From NCBI GenBank assembly GCA_949286775.1, contig CASEDW010000056.1, positions 1-31,420 of the forward strand: a stretch of DNA of 31,420 nucleotides. Direction: 5' to 3'. Every line of letters begins with the position of its first letter. Positions within the stretch are counted from its first letter, which is position 1. The notes beneath the pieces are model-generated. The model was not told where the DNA came from. It saw nothing but the letters and a program-made list of their open reading frames with translations, and searched no databases. The stretch is from an uncultured Eubacteriales bacterium. Its GTDB lineage: Bacteria; Bacillota; Clostridia; Lachnospirales; Lachnospiraceae. Positions 23,840 through 31,420 of the stretch are shown piece by piece. The position numbers and the translations under genes are program-made.

Positions 23840-26342
23840 ACCCCATGGAGTTGATCCTTTTGACAAGACATATTCATTGGGATATAAGGTCAATCATGAA
23901 GACTGGTCGCCGTATCCGCGTGTAAATCATCTTCGCAAGACTTTTTTAGACAGGGAATATTATATCGATGTGGAACGTTTCCGCAATGTTACGGCGGCAT
24001 ATAAAGAAAATGAGGACGCCACAGCCGAAATGAGATGCGCGCGAGCATTTGAAAAAATACTTATGAACGCGACGCTATATATTTACGACGAGGATCTGAT
24101 ATTGGGCGAGATCGCGGCGCCTGCTAAGGAGTCGCCGCAGTATCCGGAGTTTTCGGTAAACTGGATGCTTTATGAGGCGCTTCATGAGCCGTTTGAAGAG
24201 CGTGAACACGATCAGTTTTATTTTAAGAACGATGAGGACAGAAAAGAATTTATTGAACTTTGTCAATACTGGAAAGGCAAATGCGTCGACGACTATGCGA
24301 ATGCGTTTCTGGACGACGAGCAGCTGAAAGGTTCTCAGTCGGGAAAGAAGATATTTCAGACAAATCTTTATCATTACGGCGGCGTAGGCCACTGCGTGAT
24401 GGACTACGGGAAAATACTGCGCATCGGATATGACGGAATGATCAAACAGGCAAAAGAAGGACTGGACAGACTTAAGAAGACGGATCCCGATTTTGCGGTA
24501 AAAAGAGAATTTTATAAAGCGGCTATATATTGTTACGAGGCGGCCAAAAAATATATTTTAAGATATGCTTATCTTGCGGAAAGCAAAGCGGAAGCCGAAA
24601 ATGATCAAAAACGAAAAGAAGAATTGTTGATGATGGCAGAAAACTGCCGTCAGGTGGCGGGCGGTCCGGCAAAATCGTTCTGGCAGGCGCTTCAGCTGTT
24701 TAATTTTGCGACTACTCTTACTCAGATAGAGGGAAACGGCCATTCGATTTCATACGGAAGGATGGATCAGTGGCTGTATCCGTATTACAGAGCGGATATA
24801 GACAATAAAGTAATAACTCAGGAGTTTGCTCAGGAACTGCTTGAAGTCACATATGTAAAGATGAATAATCCTACGAAGATTCGTGACGGCGGAACAGCCA
24901 GGGTGCGTCAGGGACGAGGGTTTGGCGGAGAGTGTCTTACGATAGGCGGCGTTGATAAAGACGGAAACGATGTGACGAATGATCTGACGTTTATGCTTCT
25001 TGACGCTTCGGTACATACAAGGATGATGTGTCCGTGGCTTCTTGTCCGTATGCATGAAAATACGCCGTATGAATTAAAAGTAAAGACGGTTGAATGTATA
25101 CGCGCCGGTTACGGTCATCCGAAGATCTTTAATGACGCTCCGACGATAAAGTGTATGATGAGAAAAGGATGTACCCTTGAAGAGGCCAGAGACTATGCGG
25201 TGGTCGGATGCGTGGAGCCTAATCTTCCGGGAAGAGAATACGGATGGCATGACGCAGCTTATATAAATACCGTAAAATTTATGGAGATGGTGCTTAACGG
25301 CGGACGCTGTCTTGACTGCGGACCTCACTGTCCGAGATGGGAAAAATGCGGCGCGTTGGGAAAACAATTGGGTCCTGACACCGGAAGTCTTGATACATAC
25401 AAAACATTTGAAGAAGTTTTAGAAAGCGTAGATAAACAGTTCGAATATTGGACTGATCAGATGTGCAGCACGTTAAATGTTATTGACAGAGCCCACAGAG
25501 TACGCAAACCGCTTCCGTATCTCTCGGGATTTTTTGAAGGATGTCTTGAAAACGGCGTCGACATAACAGCCGGCGGAACAAAGATAAACGGTATCGGACC
25601 GCAGGCCAGCGGAATCGCCAGCTGCGCCGATACGCTTGCGGCGATAAAACAGCTCGTATTTGATGAAAAGAAATATACGGGATCACAGCTTTTGCAGGCG
25701 CTGAAAGATAACTGGACAGGACATGAAAAACTGTACCGGCTGATCAACAGCACAAAAGTTCATCATTACGGAAATGACGATGACTATGCCGATGATCTGT
25801 TCAGGTTCATGTTTGAATGCTACTGCCGTCATCTTACGGGCAGAAAGACGATTCGCAATGGAGAGTTTACTCCCGGTGTTTATTCTGTAAGCGCAAATGT
25901 AGGAATGGGATTAAATACAAATGCGTCCTTGGACGGAAGAAAGAGCGGCGAAGCGATCTCAGATAATATGGGACCTGTTCATACCGACTGCTGCTCTCAT
26001 GATTACTGCGGGCCGACGGCGCTTGCGCATTCGGTTAGCAAAGTGGATCATTCGCTAGCCACAAACGGAACGCTTTTAAATGTGAAATATCCGCAGGAAG
26101 CCGTTGCCGGTATCGAAGGCCGCGATAATCTTGTAAATTACATAGATGAATATCTGGCGTTGGGCGGCATGCATATCCAGTTTAATATTATGAGCTCAGC
26201 GACTATGCGCGCGGCTCAGAAAAAACCTGAGGATTATAAAGACATGTTGGTACGTGTCGCTGGATACAGCGCGTATTTTGTAGAACTCGGAAAACCGCTT
26301 CAAAAAGACCTGATACAGAGAACTGAATTGTCATTCGGATGA
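23817..26342 (+). CDS. Glycyl radical enzyme, diol-dehydratase/eliminase clade, resembling DHPS dehydratase HpfG (from recall); function not established
   Basis: Cys loop VVGCVEP, GWHDAA, SVSANV, glycyl radical motif RVAGYS, GHSISYGRMDQ. The N-terminus FDKTYSLGY..HEDWSPYPRVN and the GRGFGGE segment match my recollection of Klebsiella oxytoca HpfG. Start ATG 23817 (841 aa). Confidence 0.9.
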   Translation: MTVVQMHKPHGVDPFDKTYSLGYKVNHEDWSPYPRVNHLRKTFLDREYYIDVERFRNVTAAYKENEDATAEMRCARAFEKILMNATLYIYDEDLILGEIAAPAKESPQYPEFSVNWMLYEALHEPFEEREHDQFYFKNDEDRKEFIELCQYWKGKCVDDYANAFLDDEQLKGSQSGKKIFQTNLYHYGGVGHCVMDYGKILRIGYDGMIKQAKEGLDRLKKTDPDFAVKREFYKAAIYCYEAAKKYILRYAYLAESKAEAENDQKRKEELLMMAENCRQVAGGPAKSFWQALQLFNFATTLTQIEGNGHSISYGRMDQWLYPYYRADIDNKVITQEFAQELLEVTYVKMNNPTKIRDGGTARVRQGRGFGGECLTIGGVDKDGNDVTNDLTFMLLDASVHTRMMCPWLLVRMHENTPYELKVKTVECIRAGYGHPKIFNDAPTIKCMMRKGCTLEEARDYAVVGCVEPNLPGREYGWHDAAYINTVKFMEMVLNGGRCLDCGPHCPRWEKCGALGKQLGPDTGSLDTYKTFEEVLESVDKQFEYWTDQMCSTLNVIDRAHRVRKPLPYLSGFFEGCLENGVDITAGGTKINGIGPQASGIASCADTLAAIKQLVFDEKKYTGSQLLQALKDNWTGHEKLYRLINSTKVHHYGNDDDYADDLFRFMFECYCRHLTGRKTIRNGEFTPGVYSVSANVGMGLNTNASLDGRKSGEAISDNMGPVHTDCCSHDYCGPTALAHSVSKVDHSLATNGTLLNVKYPQEAVAGIEGRDNLVNYIDEYLALGGMHIQFNIMSSATMRAAQKKPEDYKDMLVRVAGYSAYFVELGKPLQKDLIQRTELSFG

Positions 26343-26364
26343 AAAAAAGAATAAATAATGCCGC

Positions 26365-26856
26365 TTGCCTTTGGGCGTTCCGGCGCAGTGTACTCAGAAC
26401 GGAAATATAGAATACTGGCAGTGCGCTCTCTGCGGAAAATATTTTGCGGATGAAGCCGGATTAAACGAGATTACACAGGAGGCGACTGTGATACCGATGA
26501 GCGGTCATGACCTGGTAAAGACGGAAGCAAAAGCGCCGACATGCACACAGGCGGGAAATACACAGTACTGGCAGTGTACGGTCTGCGGAGCAGAAGATCC
26601 GAATTATGTTCCGGAAAAACCTGAACAGACACAGAAACCTGAACAGACGCAGAAACCTGAGCAGACACAGAAGCCTGAACAGACTACAAAACCGGTACAG
26701 GCAGGAAATGCTGATAAACCTGACTCAGGTAAAGGAAACGTTTCTTCGGCGCCGACAGGCGATACGAATGATGTTTCTATGTGGGCAGGCGTGATCGCGG
26801 TAGCAGCAGCCGGACTTGTAGGCACTGCGGCAATAAAAAGGAAAGATAAAAAGTAA
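26365..26856 (+). pseudogene. C-terminal remnant of a sortase-anchored surface protein
   Basis: Two CTxxGNxxYWxCxxCG repeats (the second truncated), PEQTQK linker, APTGD sorting motif, TM helix, KRKDKK tail. No RBS, ATG or signal peptide. Confidence 0.7.
26617..26688 (+). repeat. 4 x 18-bp coding tandem repeat (KPEQTQ)
   Basis: AAACCTGAACAGACACAG-like units at 26617, 26635, 26653 and 26671. Confidence 0.9.
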
Positions 26857-26879
26857 TACAAATTGATGACAAATGGTAT

Positions 26880-26915
26880 AAGGCGCGGCCGCGAAATCGG
26901 CTGCGCCTTGTTTTT
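26880..26915 (+). terminator. Intrinsic terminator
   Basis: AAGGCGCGGCCG-CGAAAT-CGGCTGCGCCTT followed by GTTTTT. Confidence 0.8.
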
Positions 26916-26980
26916 GCCGGAAAAATAAACTTTTAACATAGGAAAAACAGTGTTACGACGTTTTTCGTAGGGTTATGCTC

Positions 26981-27008
26981 TTGACATTGACCTGTCACAT
27001 GATAGAAT
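26981..27008 (+). promoter_or_regulatory. Sigma-70/SigA promoter of tyrS-alaS
   Basis: TTGACA (26981-86), 16 nt, TAGAAT (27003-08), with TG of an extended -10. Confidence 0.65.
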
Positions 27009-27051
27009 ATAATTTTGTATGATTATAATTACCGCACAGGGAGGAAACACC

Positions 27052-28302
27052 GTGAAAATATATGAAGAATTAGTAGCAAGAGGGCTCATAGCTCAGGTTA
27101 CAAACGAAGAGAAAGTCCGTGAACTTATAAATAATGGAAACGCCACTTTTTATATAGGATTTGATCCGACGGCGGACAGTCTTCATGTCGGCCATTTTAT
27201 GGCGCTCTGCCTTATGAAGAGACTTCAGATGGCGGGCAACAAACCTATCGCCCTTTTGGGAGGCGGAACAGGTATGATCGGAGATCCGTCAGGAAAGACC
27301 GATATGCGCAAGATGATGACAAAGGAAACCATCGAGCATAATATTGAATGCTTTAAGAAACAGATGAGCAGATTCATCGATTTTTCAGATGGAAAGGCGA
27401 TGATGGTAAACAACGCCGACTGGCTCCTTGATCTTAACTATGTTGATATGCTTAGAGAAGTAGGACCTTATTTCAGCGTAAATAACATGCTCCGCGCCGA
27501 ATGTTTCAAACAGCGTATGGACAGAGAACTGGGACTCAGCTTCCTTGAGTTCAATTACATGATAATGCAGAGCTACGATTTCTATGTATTATATCAGAAA
27601 TACGGATGCAACCTTCAGTTCGGCGGAGACGACCAGTGGAGCAACATGCTGGCGGGACGTGAACTTATCCGCAAAAAAATGGGTCTTGAAGACAAGGACG
27701 CGAAAGCCGAAGCGATGACGATCACGCTTCTTCTCAACTCTGAAGGAAAGAAGATGGGCAAGACAGTGAGCGGAGCTGTATGGCTCGATCCTGAAAAAAC
27801 TTCACCTTATGATTTCTATCAGTACTGGAGAAACGTTGGAGACGCGGATGTACTCAAGTGTCTTCGTATGCTCACATTCCTGCCCCTCGAGCAGATCGAC
27901 GAGATGGACAAATGGGAGGGAAGCCAGCTTAACAAAGCTAAAGAAATCCTTGCATATGAGCTGACAACTCTCGTTCATGGCGATGAAGAAGCTAAAAAAG
28001 CGCAGGACGCCGCAAAATCGCTCTTCGGCGGTTCGGCGGACAACGCGAACATTCCTTCATTGGAAATCTCAGCGGATGAAATCGAAGGGGATACGATCGA
28101 CGTTATCACTCTTCTTGTCAAAGCTGAAATGGTGTCAAGCCGTTCAGAGGGAAGACGCGCGATCGACAAGGATAAGAGTGTTTCTATAGACGGTGAAAAA
28201 GTTACAGACGTATTCGCGACTGTTGAGAAGAGCAGACTTGCCGACGGAGGAATCCTTCTTCAGAGAGGCAAAAAGAAATTTAAGAAGATTGTTTGCAAAT
28301 AA
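27052..28302 (+). CDS. tyrS: Tyrosine--tRNA ligase
   Basis: [38 protein letters not shown]-terminal S4 domain. GTG start at 27052 with GGGAGG RBS. Confidence 0.97.
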   Translation: MKIYEELVARGLIAQVTNEEKVRELINNGNATFYIGFDPTADSLHVGHFMALCLMKRLQMAGNKPIALLGGGTGMIGDPSGKTDMRKMMTKETIEHNIECFKKQMSRFIDFSDGKAMMVNNADWLLDLNYVDMLREVGPYFSVNNMLRAECFKQRMDRELGLSFLEFNYMIMQSYDFYVLYQKYGCNLQFGGDDQWSNMLAGRELIRKKMGLEDKDAKAEAMTITLLLNSEGKKMGKTVSGAVWLDPEKTSPYDFYQYWRNVGDADVLKCLRMLTFLPLEQIDEMDKWEGSQLNKAKEILAYELTTLVHGDEEAKKAQDAAKSLFGGSADNANIPSLEISADEIEGDTIDVITLLVKAEMVSSRSEGRRAIDKDKSVSIDGEKVTDVFATVEKSRLADGGILLQRGKKKFKKIVCK

Positions 28303-28321
28303 TATATACAGGGAGAAAACA

Positions 28322-30973
28322 ATGAAGAAATACGGTGTAAATGAATTGAGAAAAATGTTCCTGGATTTTATGGAGAGCAAGGGACATTTAATAATGAAGA
28401 GTTTTTCGCTCATTCCTCAGAATGACAAGAGCATTCTTCTGATAAACGCGGGAATGACTCCGCTCAAACCTTATTTTACCGGAGCGGAGATACCACCGAG
28501 AAAAAGAGTAGCCACATGTCAGAAATGTATCCGTACAGGCGATATTGAAAATGTCGGAAAGACAGCGCGTCACGGTACATTCTTTGAGATGCTCGGAAAC
28601 TTCTCTTTCGGAGATTATTTTAAACATGAGGCTATCGCGTGGTCATGGGAGTTCCTTACTAAAGTTGTGGGACTTGATGAAAACAGACTTTATCCGTCGG
28701 TTTATATCGATGATGACGAAGCTTATAATATCTGGAAAGACGAGATCGGAATAGCTCCTGAAAGAATCTTTAAATTTGGAAAAGAAGAAAATTTCTGGGA
28801 GCACGGCTCAGGTCCATGCGGACCATGTTCTGAAATTTACTATGACCGCGGAGAAAAGTACGGATGCGGCAAACCTGACTGTACTGTTGGCTGCGACTGC
28901 GACAGATATATGGAGATATGGAATAACGTATTTACGCAGTTCGACAATGACGGCCATGGAAATTATACTGAGCTTGAAAACAAAAACATCGATACGGGAA
29001 TGGGTCTTGAGAGACTTGCCAGCGTCGTTCAGGACGTTGATTCTATCTTTGATGTGGATACTATTCAGGCGCTCAGAAACAGAGTATGCGAGATCGCGCA
29101 TAAAGAATATATGAAGAACCATGAAGACGATGTTTCGATCCGCCTTATCACGGATCATATCCGTTCGGCTACTTTCATGATTTCTGACGGTATCATGCCT
29201 ACAAACGAGGGACGCGGATACGTTTTGAGACGTATAATCCGCCGTGCCGCGCGCCATGGAAGACTGCTTGGAATCAACGATCTTTTCCTGGCCGATCTTG
29301 CGGCTACAGTTATTGAAGGAAGCAAAGACGGATATCCTGAGCTTGAGGAAAAACAGGACTTTATCTTTAAAGTGCTTAAGAACGAGGAAAGCCAGTTTAA
29401 CAAGACTATCGACCAGGGACTTAAGATCTTAAGCGATATGGAAGAAAAGATGGCCGCTTCAGGAGAAAAGATTCTCTCCGGCGAAGACGCGTTCAAACTC
29501 TATGATACATACGGATTCCCGATGGATCTCACAAAAGAAATCCTTGAAGAAAAAGGATACGGAATAGATGAAGAGGGATTCAAAGCTGCCATGAACGTGC
29601 AGAAGGAGACGGCGCGCGAGGCGAGAAAATTAAGCGGCGCCAACGATTCATATATGGGAGCCGACGCGACGGTATATGATGAGATAGATCCTTCCATAAC
29701 GACGAAATTCGTTGGGTACACTGATCTTACCTGTAAATCAAAAATAGTAGTACTCACTGATGAAAAAGAAATCCGCAAAGACCTCATGGAAGGCGAGAGC
29801 GGAACAGTTATAGTAGAAGAAACACCGTTCTACGCGACAATGGGCGGACAGGAAGGCGATACAGGCGTTATCACAACGGCGAACGGAAAATTTGAAGTAA
29901 AAGAGACAAAGAAGATACGAGGCGACAAAGTAGCTCATGTCGGAGTAGTGGTTCAGGGCATGATTTCAGTCGGCGATGAGGCGGAACTTAAAGTCGATAC
30001 ATCAGAAAGACGCGATACATGCAAGAATCATTCCGCGACGCATCTTCTTCAGAAAGCCCTTAAGACAGTACTCGGCTCTCATGTAGAACAGAAGGGTTCT
30101 CTTGTGACTCCTACAAGACTTCGTTTTGACTTTTCGCATTTCGAAGCCATGACACCGGAGGAAATCAAAAAAGTAGAAAAGCTTGTAAATGAAGCTATCG
30201 AGGAACAGTATGAAGTTAGAACGGATGTCATGGACATCGATGAGGCGAAAAAGAGCGGCGCGATGGCTCTTTTCGGAGAGAAATACGGTGAAAAAGTTCG
30301 CGTAGTAAACATGGGCGGATATTCCATCGAGCTTTGCGGCGGTACTCACGTATCAAATACGGCGCAGATCGGCCAGTTCAAGATTATATCTGAAGCCGGC
30401 ATAGCCTCAGGCGTAAGACGTATAGAAGCCCTTACGGGACGGAATGTTCTCGAATATTACGCTAATATGGAAGAAAAGCTCAACAGAAGTGCCGCTCTGC
30501 TTAAGTCATCGGCGGATGAGCTTGAAGGAAAGATAAATCATCTTTTAAATGAAAATAAAGAACTCAAATCAGAGAACGAATCGTTAAAGAGCAAGCTCGC
30601 CAAAGGCGCTGTGTCTGACGTAATGAACTCCGTTACTGAGGTTAAAGGCGTTAAACTGCTGGCAGTATCGGTTCCTGAGCAGGATATGAATTCCTTAAGG
30701 AACTTAGGCGACGAACTCAAGGCGAAACTTGGCGAAGGCGTTGTTGTGCTCGCGAGTGAAAAAGGCGGCAAGGTAAGTCTCTGCGCCATGGCTACCGACG
30801 GAGCCGTTAAAGCGGGAGCGCACGCCGGAAATATTGTAAAAGCGGCGGCAGGCATCGTCGGCGGAGGCGGCGGCGGACGTCCGAATATGGCAACCGCGGG
30901 CGGAAAAGACGCTTCAAAAATTCCGGATGCTATCGCGGCAATCCCTTCAATCTTAGAGGGAATGCTCAAATAA
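28322..30973 (+). CDS. alaS: Alanine--tRNA ligase
   Basis: NAGMTP, TFFEMLGNFSFGDYFK, IDTGMGLER, HSATHLL, ELCGGTH, GGGGGRPNMA. ATG start at 28322 with GGGAG RBS. Confidence 0.98.
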   Translation: MKKYGVNELRKMFLDFMESKGHLIMKSFSLIPQNDKSILLINAGMTPLKPYFTGAEIPPRKRVATCQKCIRTGDIENVGKTARHGTFFEMLGNFSFGDYFKHEAIAWSWEFLTKVVGLDENRLYPSVYIDDDEAYNIWKDEIGIAPERIFKFGKEENFWEHGSGPCGPCSEIYYDRGEKYGCGKPDCTVGCDCDRYMEIWNNVFTQFDNDGHGNYTELENKNIDTGMGLERLASVVQDVDSIFDVDTIQALRNRVCEIAHKEYMKNHEDDVSIRLITDHIRSATFMISDGIMPTNEGRGYVLRRIIRRAARHGRLLGINDLFLADLAATVIEGSKDGYPELEEKQDFIFKVLKNEESQFNKTIDQGLKILSDMEEKMAASGEKILSGEDAFKLYDTYGFPMDLTKEILEEKGYGIDEEGFKAAMNVQKETAREARKLSGANDSYMGADATVYDEIDPSITTKFVGYTDLTCKSKIVVLTDEKEIRKDLMEGESGTVIVEETPFYATMGGQEGDTGVITTANGKFEVKETKKIRGDKVAHVGVVVQGMISVGDEAELKVDTSERRDTCKNHSATHLLQKALKTVLGSHVEQKGSLVTPTRLRFDFSHFEAMTPEEIKKVEKLVNEAIEEQYEVRTDVMDIDEAKKSGAMALFGEKYGEKVRVVNMGGYSIELCGGTHVSNTAQIGQFKIISEAGIASGVRRIEALTGRNVLEYYANMEEKLNRSAALLKSSADELEGKINHLLNENKELKSENESLKSKLAKGAVSDVMNSVTEVKGVKLLAVSVPEQDMNSLRNLGDELKAKLGEGVVVLASEKGGKVSLCAMATDGAVKAGAHAGNIVKAAAGIVGGGGGGRPNMATAGGKDASKIPDAIAAIPSILEGMLK

Positions 30974-31001
30974 CACCGCGAAGAAAGGTTGGAACTCTTA
31001 A

Positions 31002-31420
31002 TTGGGTAATAAAGAAGTATCAGTACAGAAAAAGAAAGAACTTAAAGAGGCCATGTATGAATGGCTCGGCAAAAATGAAGAAGAATTCAGACAGCTGATG
31101 TCATACTACAGATGCGCCATGATGGAGATCGAAACAAAGTTTAACGTGCTCAAAGAAGAATTGTCGTTAAAGTTTGACAGAAACCCAATTGAAGGCATCA
31201 GAACGAGAATAAAGACGACAGACAGTATTTTTGAAAAGCTTATCAGAAGAGAGTTCCCTGTAACTATGGAAAGTCTTGAAAGAAATATCAACGATGTGGC
31301 GGGAATCAGAGTTATCTGTTCCTTCCCGTCTGATATTTATCAGCTGGCTGACGCGCTTCTGTCCCAGGACGATATAATCCTTATCGAGAAAAAGGATTAT
31401 ATGAAAAATCCTAAGCAGAA
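31002..31420 (+). CDS. Small alarmone synthetase / GTP pyrophosphokinase family (RelQ/RelP-like), partial at right edge
   Basis: Translation gives ...YRCAMMEIETKFNVL...RNPIEGIRTRIKT..SIFEKLIRR...NDVAGIRVICSF..DIY...KDYMKNPK. Start is TTG 31002 or ATG 31053. Absent from the ORF track. Confidence 0.88.
   Translation, partial: MGNKEVSVQKKKELKEAMYEWLGKNEEEFRQLMSYYRCAMMEIETKFNVLKEELSLKFDRNPIEGIRTRIKTTDSIFEKLIRREFPVTMESLERNINDVAGIRVICSFPSDIYQLADALLSQDDIILIEKKDYMKNPKQ

Noticed and set aside
23817-26342. Calling the GRE pyruvate formate-lyase or choline TMA-lyase (CutC)
   Set aside because: PFL needs adjacent Cys-Cys and this protein has GCVEP. From recall, CutC has a QWTST-type segment after the Cys loop, whereas this protein has GWHDAA as in diol dehydratases. 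No microcompartment genes are present.
23817-26342. Assigning the gene symbols hpfG and hpfH outright
   Set aside because: The similarity is recalled, not computed; several active-site segments differ and the known partner genes are absent.
26617-26688. 18-bp tandem repeats as CRISPR or a mobile-element end
   Set aside because: In-frame coding repeat (KPEQTQ linker) with no spacers.
16400-26900. Integrase, transposase or att sites for the accessory block
   Set aside because: No recombinase ORF, tRNA target or flanking direct repeat was found by eye, so the block is called accessory from context only and is not annotated as a mobile element.
1062-31291. Numerous short antisense or alternate-frame ORFs in the track (e.g. 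1837..2313, 3124..3594, 20632..21393, 28808..29257, 30538..30969)
   Set aside because: They overlap well-supported genes and show no recognisable motifs or RBS; they are treated as shadow ORFs.

Overview
Low-GC Firmicute chromosomal window, probably Clostridia/Lachnospiraceae-like judging by gene order and proteins. From left to right: (1) the 5' end of a MATE exporter on the minus strand, divergent from a TPP-riboswitch-controlled thiamine-pyrimidine salvage operon (tenA, ThiXYZ-type ABC transporter with two permeases, an M20 hydrolase, thiD) that has a long multi-element leader; (2) a B6-type ECF S component with pdxK, a TatD-associated-type radical SAM gene, murB, whiA and an HPr paralogue lacking His15; (3) mecA, a GH18/SH3 protein, a DivIVA-like protein, tsaC/sua5, rpiB and dCMP deaminase; (4) an accessory block of about 10 kb (16.4-26.9 kb) with a membrane-bound alpha/beta-hydrolase, a LivK-type binding protein without signal peptide, two regulators, a glycyl-radical activating enzyme and an eliminase-clade glycyl radical enzyme (GRE), followed by a truncated sortase-anchored protein; (5) tyrS, alaS and the start of a small alarmone synthetase. 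From memory the GRE resembles the DHPS dehydratase HpfG, but it has altered active-site loops, a 4-Cys insertion and none of the known partner genes; this is the most promising candidate for an undescribed system. Two ORFs labelled + in the supplied track (11155..11907 and 16624..18726) are on the minus strand. No CRISPR array, IS element, tRNA or rRNA was seen. All family calls come from motif recognition and recall, not from database searches.
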